Assembly (NCBI GenBank): GCA_963712115.1
Contig: CAVQGX010000019.1
Coordinates: 1-64,000 of the forward strand
Direction of reading: 5' to 3'
Source of the DNA: an uncultured delta proteobacterium
GTDB taxonomy: Bacteria; Desulfobacterota; Syntrophobacteria; BM002
Length of the DNA stretch: 64,000 nucleotides
The translations under genes and the position numbers were made by a program. Below, piece after piece: positions 41,513-50,841 of this stretch (its first letter is position 1; each line of letters starts with the position of its first letter). Below the pieces are notes generated by a model, which saw nothing but the letters and a program-made list of their open reading frames with translations, made no database searches and was not told where the DNA came from.

Positions 41513-42157
41513 TTATTCCCTTAGTTTATTAAGGACATGGAATAAGCGCCAGAGTGCTGTTAGGTTGGTTCCTACGGCGAGAAAAATTACGGTTACGATC
41601 AGTGCTGCATCCTGCCCGAATAAGGCCGCTTCGTTGGCCCGGGCAGTGAAGTTTATCAAGGAATTAACCATACCGGCAACGCCAATGGCAATGATTCTCT
41701 CCCCCCGCTGAAAAAGCCCAACAAAACAAGAGACCATTAGTCCTTCAGCTCGTGCCTTAGTGTAACTCACCATAACCGAGCCAAAAAGGACGAGGAAAAC
41801 GGTAATTGTTATAAGGGGCGTGGCATGACCTTTACGCAGGAAGTATGCCCAAATACCAAGGAGGATAAAAAACTCGCCATAGCGATCAAGGACTGAATCT
41901 AGAAAGGCACCCCGCTTTTTAACCTGGTTTAGCTCTCGGGCTAGGGCTCCATCTAGAGTATCCAGTAAGCCACTAATCAAAGTTAGCAACCCGCCCCAGA
42001 AGGGACTAAAGACAAAAGAAATGCCTGCACCCAAGCCGCAAAGCAGGCTAAAAATACTGACATGGTTGGCCTTCAGTCGGAGAAACACACAACAAGGAAC
42101 CAGGTATCTGCCCAAAAAACGGTAGAAGGCAGCTTCAAGCACGCTTCCCTTGAGCAT
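41513..42157 (-). CDS. CDP-alcohol phosphatidyltransferase
   Basis: DTLDGALAR...GAFLDSVLDR signature; SYTKARAEG. Confidence 0.92.
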   Translation of the reverse strand: MLKGSVLEAAFYRFLGRYLVPCCVFLRLKANHVSIFSLLCGLGAGISFVFSPFWGGLLTLISGLLDTLDGALARELNQVKKRGAFLDSVLDRYGEFFILLGIWAYFLRKGHATPLITITVFLVLFGSVMVSYTKARAEGLMVSCFVGLFQRGERIIAIGVAGMVNSLINFTARANEAALFGQDAALIVTVIFLAVGTNLTALWRLFHVLNKLRE

Positions 42158-42202
42158 TGCAAGTCACCTCCCTAAGAAAAATCTAATCTCTCCACTGTTT
42201 TC

Positions 42203-42394
42203 TAGCCCGGATATTTCATGAATTGGCGTCGGGAGACCGTGAAGATGGACGTGCCACCGGGCAATCCCGCGGTACCGCGGGATTGGATCCGAGGCGTACC
42301 TGAGTGGTACGTCGCAGGGTCCGACACCCGAGGACGCCCGGAAGGACAGCCATATCCGCGGTCGCAGCAGGCGATTCATGAAATATCCGGGCTA
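42203..42394 (+). mobile_element. MITE family A copy 3
   Basis: Perfect 21-bp TIR tagcccggatatttcatgaat; CTAG at both junctions. Confidence 0.9.
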
Positions 42395-42655
42395 GGCGGA
42401 TAGCAGATGAGCGCCAGCATGATTTGGCTGATGAGCAGAACAGTCGGTGACTTCTACTGGAAAAGTTTCCAATCGAACGAATCGCACTAGCGTATATCTT
42501 CCATAAGAATAGCAAAACTTGCTCCATTGTCGAGCGGATTCTTTTGACAAAGGGTTGCTCTTTAGTTATGCTAATTTTGTCCTAACGTACCAGTATTCTT
42601 CTGCGAAGTTCCTTTTATGGGTTGCCCAATGTTTTTTTAGCATCCCCTGGAGAAA

Positions 42656-43456
42656 ATGTTGTCAGTAGATCCGAGTAACCTCGCAAAAGACGTAGAGGTT
42701 TTGCGCATTACCAAGGACCGTTGCCGTCACACCCGGGTTTCTGTGGTGCGTGAAATCCCCCTTACCATATTTCTCAACGACCGGGAAATTATCACCCTTC
42801 TTTGCACAGGATCTCATATTGAAAGCTTAGCTGTTGGCTTTCTCAAGTCAGAGGGTCTGTTGCAACATCGAAGCAATCTCCAAAACGTGGAGACGGACCC
42901 GAATGGCCAAACAGTTCGAGTCTTCACAAAAGAGCCTACAGCAATGGCTGAGCAGCTTTTCGGCAAGCGAACTCTTACCTCTGGTTGCGGAAAAGGTACC
43001 ATCTTTTACAACGTGCTAGACTCCTTGCAAAGCCAGCCACTTGAAAATCAGGTCACTATTAAGGTTGACCAGATCCGCAAACTCATGACTGAGCTCCACA
43101 AACGGTCAGAACTTTATCGCCTCTCTCGAGGAGTTCATAACTGCGGCCTTGCAACTACAAAAAAAATTGTGATCTTTCGCGCTGACATCGGTCGTCACAA
43201 TGCCGTAGATATGATACTAGGAGAGTGTTTTCTTAAAGAAGTTGACACCAGTGATAAGATTCTCATAACCACGGGCCGTATTACCTCCGAAATCCTAATA
43301 AAAGCTGCTAAGATGAAAATCCCCATGCTGATTTCCCGCTCGGCGGCCACTAGTCTGTCCCTTGACCTCGCTCATAACCTAAACATGACCGTCATCGGCT
43401 ATGTGCGTGGGGGCAGCATTCTTGCCTATGCTGGAGGAGAAAACCTTATCTGCTGA
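42656..43456 (+). CDS. fdhD: Formate dehydrogenase accessory sulfurtransferase
   Basis: EIPLTI, LAVGFLKSEG, TSGCG, DIGRHNAVD, TGRITSE. Confidence 0.94.
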   Translation: MLSVDPSNLAKDVEVLRITKDRCRHTRVSVVREIPLTIFLNDREIITLLCTGSHIESLAVGFLKSEGLLQHRSNLQNVETDPNGQTVRVFTKEPTAMAEQLFGKRTLTSGCGKGTIFYNVLDSLQSQPLENQVTIKVDQIRKLMTELHKRSELYRLSRGVHNCGLATTKKIVIFRADIGRHNAVDMILGECFLKEVDTSDKILITTGRITSEILIKAAKMKIPMLISRSAATSLSLDLAHNLNMTVIGYVRGGSILAYAGGENLIC

Positions 43457-43459
43457 CCT

Positions 43460-44608
43460 ATGATCTATCTGGACAACGCAGCCACATCCTTTCCCAAGCC
43501 AAAGCGTGTAATAGATGCAGTTACGCGGTATTTGAACGAAATCGGGGGTAACCCCGGACGGGCCGCCCACGCTCTAGCTCGAGAGGCCAGTGGTTTAATT
43601 GATCGCACTCGACGATTGCTCGCCAGTCTGCTTGGCAATGTGGACCCTAGCCGCATCATATTTACCCCAAGTACAACTGTCGCTCTGAACTTGGCTATCA
43701 AAGGGTTGCTCAAATCGGGTGATCACGTGCTTACCACCAGCATGGAGCACAACTCGGTATTGAGGCCTCTAAATGGATTGGCAAAGCTAGATGTGACCCA
43801 CAGCCTGATTCCCTGCAGCAACAGCGGGGAACTGGACCCGGCAGACATCCTACCTCTCATCCAACCCCATACTCGACTGATTGCCTTAGTTCATGCCTCA
43901 AATGTTACCGGTAGTTTGATGCCTGTTGCCGAGGTAGGGAAAATAGCTCGAGAGCGAGGTATCATGCTGCTGGTTGATGCGGCTCAAACCATGGGCAAGA
44001 TAGCAATTGATCCGGAAAAACTACTTGTCGACTTGCTTGCTGGCCCCGGTCACAAGGGTTTGCTGGGGCCCATGGGTACGGGCTTCCTCTACGTAAAACC
44101 AGGTCTTGAGTTGGAACCATTGTGGGAAGGCGGCACTGGCACTCACTCTGAATCACTCAAACAGCCGAAAACTTGGCCAGATCGGTTTGAGAGCGGCACC
44201 TGCAATGCACCTGGTCTCGCTGGTCTAGCCGAGGGCATAGCCGAGGTTCAACAGTTGGGTTTTGAAGCCATCGCTGCCCATGAGCGGCGGCTGGCTGAGA
44301 TTCTTCTGGACGGCTTGAGTCAGTTTCCTGGGATAACCCTTTACGGACCCAAGGATCGGCGCTTTTGCACTGGCACCCTTGCCTTCAATGTCCAAGAATT
44401 GGATTGCGCAGAAGTTGCCCACATTTTGGACACAGCTTATTCAATTGCGGTACGTTCCGGACTCCACTGTGCTCCAGCGGCACATCGAACCATAGGCACT
44501 TTCCCTCAGGGCGCCGTTCGCGTCAGTGTAAGCCCTTACAATAGGGAAGAGGAAATTCATACCTTTCTTGAGGCTGTCTCTGAAATAGTAGGTTTCCGCC
44601 GCAGATGA
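43460..44608 (+). CDS. Cysteine desulfurase-family protein (aminotransferase class V)
   Basis: IYLDNAATS, MEHNS, DAAQ, GHKGLLGP, RSGLHCAP. Confidence 0.93.
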   Translation: MIYLDNAATSFPKPKRVIDAVTRYLNEIGGNPGRAAHALAREASGLIDRTRRLLASLLGNVDPSRIIFTPSTTVALNLAIKGLLKSGDHVLTTSMEHNSVLRPLNGLAKLDVTHSLIPCSNSGELDPADILPLIQPHTRLIALVHASNVTGSLMPVAEVGKIARERGIMLLVDAAQTMGKIAIDPEKLLVDLLAGPGHKGLLGPMGTGFLYVKPGLELEPLWEGGTGTHSESLKQPKTWPDRFESGTCNAPGLAGLAEGIAEVQQLGFEAIAAHERRLAEILLDGLSQFPGITLYGPKDRRFCTGTLAFNVQELDCAEVAHILDTAYSIAVRSGLHCAPAAHRTIGTFPQGAVRVSVSPYNREEEIHTFLEAVSEIVGFRRR

Positions 44609-44683
44609 GATTGTCAGTAGGCAGTGGAAATGGAGTTTTGTAGTAGCGGCTTTTGCCGTAATACTAAACGGAGGGAAAAGCAT

Positions 44684-45343
44684 ATGCCTGCAGTGCTGTC
44701 CATTGTCGGAAAGTCGAAGGTGGGAAAAACCACCTTTCTGGAAAAATTGATACCTGAGATAAAAGGCCGAGGTTACCGCATTGGTACTTTAAAGCATGAT
44801 GCCCATGATCATTTTGAAATTGACCATCAAGGTAAGGACACCTGGAGACACCGTGAAGCTGGGGCTCAGACGGTTGCCATTAGCTCTCCTTCACGTTTTG
44901 CCCTGACCAAGGCCATGCAAAGGGAGCTGGACATAGATACAATCATCGCTGCTTATTTCTCGGACGAAGACTTGGTATTAACCGAGGGCTATAAAAGCGG
45001 CAACCAAGCCAAGATCGAGATCTGCCGAAAGGAGTTGCAAGCAGAGCCTCTCTGCAGCAAAGAAGATCGTCTACTTGCAGTGGTAAGTGATTTTTCAGTG
45101 TCGGTGGATGTCCCCCACTTTGAATTGGAAGATATATCGGGGGTAGCTGGCTTCATTGAAGACCGTTTTTTGAAAAAGAAAACAGAACCCAGAGTGGTGT
45201 TGAGGCTGAATGGCAAAAAAATGCCCATGAAGTCTTTCGTACAAGAATTTGTCATGGGCGGTATTATGGGCATGATTTCAACACTTAGGGGTTTCGAAAA
45301 TCCCAGCCGAGTTGATATATCCATCCGGCTGAAAAAAAGCTAA
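44684..45343 (+). CDS. mobB: Molybdopterin-guanine dinucleotide biosynthesis protein B
   Basis: GKSKVGKTT, KHDAH, GKDTWRH..AGA, EGYK; RBS GGAGG. Confidence 0.93.
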   Translation: MPAVLSIVGKSKVGKTTFLEKLIPEIKGRGYRIGTLKHDAHDHFEIDHQGKDTWRHREAGAQTVAISSPSRFALTKAMQRELDIDTIIAAYFSDEDLVLTEGYKSGNQAKIEICRKELQAEPLCSKEDRLLAVVSDFSVSVDVPHFELEDISGVAGFIEDRFLKKKTEPRVVLRLNGKKMPMKSFVQEFVMGGIMGMISTLRGFENPSRVDISIRLKKS

Positions 45344-45466
45344 CGGCCTGATGCTGAAAATTGATTCTGATTGTCTTTCCACGCCTTTGGTTTTTTCGCT
45401 CTGCGCTATGCGCCATGCGCTCAGCGTTATTGTTTTGGCAACAACCCGTTGACAATTGAGGATGGG

Positions 45467-46087
45467 GTGGCTGAAATAGTTGGCGTAGTCTTGGTAGGAG
45501 GCAAAAGTCGCCGTTATGGCCGGAATAAAGCACTGGAGGTTTTCCAGGGTGAGCGGCTGATTGACCGGCAGCTAAGGAAAGTACAGGCTCTGTTCCAGGA
45601 GGTATTAGTTATTACCAACGAACCTGGTGATTATCTTCATCTAGAGGTAACCATACTCCGAGATGTAATTCCTGGACTGGGGCCCCTGGGAGGTATTTAC
45701 ACAGGGCTTCTTTTCGCCCAGGGCAAAAGTGTGTTCATCACCGCCTGCGACATGCCCTTTTTGCAGCCGGCTGTCGTCAAACACATGATGCAATTGTCCA
45801 GGAACAACGATGTGGTCGTTCCCGAGAAGAAGGAAGGATTGGAGCCGCTCCACGCCATCTATTCAGCCCGCTGTCTGCCGCACATCAAGAAAATGCTGGA
45901 TCGAGGGAAGTTTCAGGTTGTTAGCTTTTTCCCGGCAGTCAAGGTATGTCGGTTGAGCCAGGAAGAGCTTGAAAAGCTTGATCCTTATGGACTGTCCTTC
46001 TTTAACATTAACACCCCCGACGATATGAATAGAGCCAGGGAGCTGCTGGAAGAATTAGGGGAGAGCCCTGAGTTAGACACGGGGTGA
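45467..46087 (+). CDS. mobA: Molybdenum cofactor guanylyltransferase
   Basis: LVGGKSRRYG..KA, GPLGG, ACDMP, EPLHA, NINTP; GTG start inferred. Confidence 0.93.
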   Translation: MAEIVGVVLVGGKSRRYGRNKALEVFQGERLIDRQLRKVQALFQEVLVITNEPGDYLHLEVTILRDVIPGLGPLGGIYTGLLFAQGKSVFITACDMPFLQPAVVKHMMQLSRNNDVVVPEKKEGLEPLHAIYSARCLPHIKKMLDRGKFQVVSFFPAVKVCRLSQEELEKLDPYGLSFFNINTPDDMNRARELLEELGESPELDTG

Positions 46088-47352
46088 TGATGGCACTAGA
46101 TGTTAACAAACTGGTATCGCTGGAAGAGGCTCAACAAATTGTTCTTGGCCAGGCACAACCTCTGCCAACCGAGTTGGTACCCCTAGAAGACGGAGGCGGC
46201 AGGGTGCTGGCCCAAGGGATCAGAGCCACAATGGATGAGCCCTCCACCACCCAAGCAGCCATGGATGGCTATGCAGTTCGGAGTGCGGATGTGCACTCTG
46301 CCTCTCCAGAGGGAGATCTGTTCCTAAAAGTGGTGGGCTTGCTTGGCCCCGGCCAACGGAGCGAGCATCGGTTGAAAGGGGGAGAAACACTGCGGGTCAT
46401 GACTGGAGCCACTTTACCTGAAGGAGCAGACGCAGTAGTGCCTGAGGAGATGACAGAAAGTGTCTCCGGAAGAGTGCGGGTGATGGCTCCGGTGGCGCCC
46501 GGAGATTATCTCTTCCCTGTTGGGGCCGAAATTCGTCGGGGACAGCAACTCATCTCAAAAGGTAAAGTCCTCCGAGCCAGAGAACTGACCGCATTGGCAA
46601 CCCAGGGATACGACAGATTAGAGGTAATTAGACAGCCTGTGGTTTCTGTGCTAGCCACCGGCGGCGAATTGAAAAAAGTCGGCGAGAGACTCGATATTGG
46701 AGAGGTATTCGCCAGCAACCTGCACACTGTGTCACAATTGGTGAAACGCTGCGGTGGAGTGCTTAGATCCGTGGAAATTGCACGAGATGATTTGCAGAGC
46801 TTAAAAGAATCCATCCGCAGGGGAAGTCAGGCAGATGTGGTGGTAACCACCGGAGGCACAGGCAGAGGAGAGAAAGACTTGGTGTCTGCTGCAATCGCCG
46901 CCCTGGAAGGAGAATCGTTTTTTCATGGGGTTAACATGTCACCGGGGAAGCAAACTATATTCGCCCAATTAGATAAAACTCTGGTATTTGGCCTCCCGGG
47001 AAGGCCGGTTGCAACCTATGTTGCCTTTGAGCAACTAGTGCGTCCCATGTTACTCCAAATGACCGGCCTGTCAGAAGTTTTCTTGCCCGAGATTACAGCT
47101 ACATTAAAGCATTCAATTCGGCTAAAGGGAAGGACACTCTCCTTTCTCTTCTCCCGTCTCACTTTCGGACCAAGCGGCCCGGAGGTGGAAGCCCTGCGTT
47201 CAGCAAGACAAGGGATAATGGCAGAGATGCTGGCGTCTAATGGTCTAATTAAAGTAGAGCCAGGGAGAGATCGGTTGAAAGCGGGGGAAGGGCTAAGGGT
47301 ACAACTGCTAGACTTAGGCCTGGATGGGCTCTCGTATTTCGCCGACTCCTAA
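46084..47352 (+). CDS. moeA: Molybdopterin molybdotransferase
   Basis: AMDGYAV, MTGA.LPEGADAVV, TGGEL, TTGG, GLPG. Confidence 0.93.
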   Translation: MMMALDVNKLVSLEEAQQIVLGQAQPLPTELVPLEDGGGRVLAQGIRATMDEPSTTQAAMDGYAVRSADVHSASPEGDLFLKVVGLLGPGQRSEHRLKGGETLRVMTGATLPEGADAVVPEEMTESVSGRVRVMAPVAPGDYLFPVGAEIRRGQQLISKGKVLRARELTALATQGYDRLEVIRQPVVSVLATGGELKKVGERLDIGEVFASNLHTVSQLVKRCGGVLRSVEIARDDLQSLKESIRRGSQADVVVTTGGTGRGEKDLVSAAIAALEGESFFHGVNMSPGKQTIFAQLDKTLVFGLPGRPVATYVAFEQLVRPMLLQMTGLSEVFLPEITATLKHSIRLKGRTLSFLFSRLTFGPSGPEVEALRSARQGIMAEMLASNGLIKVEPGRDRLKAGEGLRVQLLDLGLDGLSYFADS

Positions 47353-47646
47353 AGTACATCAGAGCCGGTTAAACCACGGAGATCAAGGTAGGAATGGAGT
47401 ACTGGAGTGCTGGAGTAATGGAGTATTGACTGCCTGCTGCCCGCTTTCAGCTGCTAGCTGTATCTCCCCATGCTCTATGCCCTGTGCTTTCGTAACAACG
47501 GACCACGGACAACTGACTAGTGAAACCTGCCAGTAATGTTGACCGAGTTCATACTCTTGTGATACTGCTACTGGGGCGAAAAGCAGTTTAGAACTGTTAA
47601 AAACCTTTGGTCATTCGACGGCTGACTGTAAACAAAACCCAACAGT

Positions 47647-48438
47647 ATGTTGCCATATCCCAACATAAACCCCAACATCATCGAGATCGGCCCGGTAAAA
47701 CTTCGTTGGTATGGGCTAATGTACGTTTTGGGGTTTGTCTCTTGTTACTTCCTCATAGGCAGACAACAAAAAGCCCGCGACCTTGGCTTGATAGGAGCAA
47801 AACTCCAAGACCTGATTTTTTCTCTGGCCATCGGCCTTATTGTCGGAGCACGTCTGGGCTACGTCCTTTTCTACCAATTCTCCAACTACGCCTACTACCT
47901 GAAGCATCCTCTAGAGATAATCGCAATCTGGCATGGTGGCATGTCTTTTCATGGTGGGCTTATTGGCGCTGTAATCTTGGGCATCTTGTTCTGCCGGCGG
48001 CACAAGCTTCCCCTTTGGGAAGCCGCGGACGTGGTAATTGTCACTGTCCCAATTGCCCTCGCTCTGGGGCGCTTGGGTAACTTTATCAATGGCGAACTAT
48101 TTGGTCGCCCCAGCAACTTACCCTGGGCCATGGTTTTTCCCACAGGTGGTCCAGAACCTAGGCATCCCTCACAGCTCTATGAGGCTGCTTTAGAGGGAGT
48201 AGTTTTATTTATTATTCTTTGGCTGTTAAAAGACCGCTCTTTTAAGGCCGGCACTATGGTCTGTTTTTTTCTTGGCGGTTATGGGATATTGCGCTTCCTG
48301 GTGGAATTCTTCCGCCAGCCCGATCCACAAATCGGTCTACTTTGGGGTCTTTTTTCCATGGGCCAGATCCTCTGTCTAGCCATGATCCTTGCTGCTGCTG
48401 TCCTTTGGAAGTTGTTACCCCCAAAAACCGCCGGCTGA
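47647..48438 (+). CDS. lgt: Prolipoprotein diacylglyceryl transferase
   Basis: RWYGLMY, GGMSFHGG, GRLGNFINGEL, RHPSQLYE. Confidence 0.97.
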   Translation: MLPYPNINPNIIEIGPVKLRWYGLMYVLGFVSCYFLIGRQQKARDLGLIGAKLQDLIFSLAIGLIVGARLGYVLFYQFSNYAYYLKHPLEIIAIWHGGMSFHGGLIGAVILGILFCRRHKLPLWEAADVVIVTVPIALALGRLGNFINGELFGRPSNLPWAMVFPTGGPEPRHPSQLYEAALEGVVLFIILWLLKDRSFKAGTMVCFFLGGYGILRFLVEFFRQPDPQIGLLWGLFSMGQILCLAMILAAAVLWKLLPPKTAG

Positions 48439-48499
48439 CTGATCCCAGGCAAGTCACAAATTCCAAATATTTAATAAGCACAGACCAGTGCAACTTCCA

Positions 48500-48660
48500 T
48501 CAAATTCGAAATCCTAAATCCGAAGCACGAAACAAATCCTAATTTTAAATTCTCCAATGTTCAAAACGAAATCGAATAAATTTATGATCTGGAAGTTTTG
48601 GTCATTTGGATTTTGAAAATTTGAATTTGTTTAGTATTTCGATATTCGAATTTCGGATTT
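48500..48660 (-). repeat. Repeat family C copy 3 (inverted, more diverged)
   Basis: attctccaatgttcaaaac is the reverse complement of gttttgaacattggagaat in copy 1. Confidence 0.75.
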
Positions 48661-48774
48661 ATTCTCTACTATGCTCTCGGTGTTTCAATTGCGGCGCCAC
48701 AAACCCATGTTCTTGACAGGGGGGTTGACTGGTCATAAGATTATTGTGTTAAAAAAAGCGCGGATATTTATAAA

Positions 48775-50742
48775 ATGGAATCTCATTCTAACACTTCGAG
48801 TCAGATGAAAGAATCTGCGGCTCATCCTGAAGCAGGTAAGCCTAAGTCCTCGGAGTGGCGTGCCGATTATGACAAAAAAGTCCAAAGTGCTGAAAGGGCA
48901 ATGCGGCTTATTCGGAGGGGTCACCGAGTCTTCATTGGCTCCGGTTGTGGAGAACCCCAACACCTTGTCCAGGCCTTGGAACGGGTGGCCATTGAATTAG
49001 CTGATTTGGAAGTGCTCCATTTGCTCTCCTTGGGCAGGACTTCCTATACGGATGAGACTTTCCAGGACAAAGTTCGCCTCAAGTCGCTATTTGTTGCTTC
49101 GGGATCCCGCCAGGCAATAGCCGAAGGAAGAGCTGACTACACTCCCATCTATCTATTTGATGTGCCAGAGCTATTCCACAGCGGCCATACTACTATTGAT
49201 GTAGCTCTCATCCAGGTTTCTCCCCCGGGGGAACATGGCTTTTGCTCCTTGGGTATAGCTGTGGACATCGTCAAGGCGGCAGCTGCCAATGCAAATTTGG
49301 TAATCGCCCAGGTCAACCCTCGCATGCCTCGAGTTTTAGGGGACAGCTATGTCCATGTACGTGACATTGACGTCATCGTGGAACACGAGGAAGAACTTCT
49401 GGAGATGCCGCCGCCGCTCATGAATGAGACAGCCCACCAGATCGGCAAACATGTGGCAAAACTCATTGAGGATGGGTCCACCATTCGGGCGGGAGTCGGT
49501 AGTGTCTCAAATGCCGCCCTCTATTCTTTAGAAGGGAAAAAGGACTTGGGGGTTCACACGGACATGCTCACCGACGCATACCTGCACTTGGTGGAGGGAG
49601 GCGTAATCACCAACACCAGAAAGACTCTCCATCCAAAGAAAATAATTGCCAGTTTCTGTATGGGATCGAGAAAACTCTATGATTTTGTCCACAACAATCC
49701 AATGGTGGAATTTCATCCCATCGAATACACCAATGATTTTTCGGTCATAAGTAAAAACGAAAAGATGGTTTCCATTAACTCGGCCCTGCAGGTGGATCTC
49801 AGCGGCCAGGTCTGCGCCGACTCGATGGGCTATATAATTTACAGCGGGGTGGGAGGATCAGTTGACTTCATCCGTGGCTCCACCCTTTCCAAAGGTGGCA
49901 AGTCAATCATCGTACTTCCGTCAACTACCCTAGATGGCAATGAGTCTCGGATAGTACCGCACCTTAGCGAGGGAGCAGGGGTGGTCAACACCCGTGGCGG
50001 CGTGCATTACGTTGTCACCGAGTTCGGCGCCGTCAATCTCCACGGGAAAACAGTGCGCGAGCGTGCCCTGTCTCTAATCAACCTCGCCCATCCTAAATTC
50101 CGAGGTGAACTTCTAGCGGCCGCCAAGAGGCTGCGCTATGCTTACGAAGATCAACTGCTGCCACTGGGTGATACCCCTCAGTATCCAGATGAATGGGAGA
50201 CAACCCAGCCGTGTGGTGATGATGGCAGAGTACTTTTTAGACCTGTAAAGCCCACAGATGAGAGAAGCCTAAAGGAATTCTTCCACGCCCTTCCCCAGCA
50301 GACCCACTATGTCCGGTTTATCTCCGCCATGCGGGTGTTTCCTCAAAGGAACCTCCGGGACCTTCTCAACATTGATTATGAAAAGGAAATGTCAGTGGTG
50401 GGCGTTATTGGCGCTGTTGGTTCAGAGAGGGTGATTGCCCTAGGTAGCTACTTGCTGGATGAAGAGACCAACATTGCGGAAGTTGACTTTGCTGTGCGGC
50501 AAGAATGGCAAGGCAAAGGGGTTGCCACTTATTTGCTCAACCACCTGGTGAAGATCGCTAGGGCAAAACAAATTGCTGGCTTTGTGGCTTACGTGGATCC
50601 CACGAATCAGGCCGCCGCCGCTGTATTCCACAACACCGGCTACGTGGTGCATCGTTCACTGCGCAAGGGGATCCACCGAATCACTATTTTATTCGACCAA
50701 CCGGCCCAGCAATGCTTTACAGATCCAGAGGGTGAGATGTAG
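48775..50742 (+). CDS. Acetyl-CoA hydrolase/CoA-transferase fused to C-terminal GNAT
   Basis: CGEPQ, SINSALQVDLSGQ, GVGG..DF.RG, VVTEFG; GNAT FAVRQEWQGKGVAT. Confidence 0.9.
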   Translation: MESHSNTSSQMKESAAHPEAGKPKSSEWRADYDKKVQSAERAMRLIRRGHRVFIGSGCGEPQHLVQALERVAIELADLEVLHLLSLGRTSYTDETFQDKVRLKSLFVASGSRQAIAEGRADYTPIYLFDVPELFHSGHTTIDVALIQVSPPGEHGFCSLGIAVDIVKAAAANANLVIAQVNPRMPRVLGDSYVHVRDIDVIVEHEEELLEMPPPLMNETAHQIGKHVAKLIEDGSTIRAGVGSVSNAALYSLEGKKDLGVHTDMLTDAYLHLVEGGVITNTRKTLHPKKIIASFCMGSRKLYDFVHNNPMVEFHPIEYTNDFSVISKNEKMVSINSALQVDLSGQVCADSMGYIIYSGVGGSVDFIRGSTLSKGGKSIIVLPSTTLDGNESRIVPHLSEGAGVVNTRGGVHYVVTEFGAVNLHGKTVRERALSLINLAHPKFRGELLAAAKRLRYAYEDQLLPLGDTPQYPDEWETTQPCGDDGRVLFRPVKPTDERSLKEFFHALPQQTHYVRFISAMRVFPQRNLRDLLNIDYEKEMSVVGVIGAVGSERVIALGSYLLDEETNIAEVDFAVRQEWQGKGVATYLLNHLVKIARAKQIAGFVAYVDPTNQAAAAVFHNTGYVVHRSLRKGIHRITILFDQPAQQCFTDPEGEM

Positions 50743-50841
50743 GTTGCTCTTGATCTCCCCCATTGGTGTTCCTCGCTCGTCTTATTGAATCCCACTCTGC
50801 CTGTGATTAAAACTTATAGTGGAAATGTTAAGGAGAAGCCA

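Noticed and set aside
4881-42157. Inositol monophosphatase plus CDP-alcohol transferase as a di-myo-inositol-phosphate or PI pathway
   Set aside because: Genes are 36 kb apart and no inositol-1-phosphate synthase or cytidylyltransferase is in the window
21257-42394. Repeats as CRISPR array or attC cassette array
   Set aside because: Copies are dispersed with no regular repeat-spacer period; no cas or integron integrase genes
41312-42527. Short ORFs within MITE copies (e.g. 41336..41524, 42218..42403, 42164..42379)
   Set aside because: Translations of the palindromic repeat with no RBS or protein motifs
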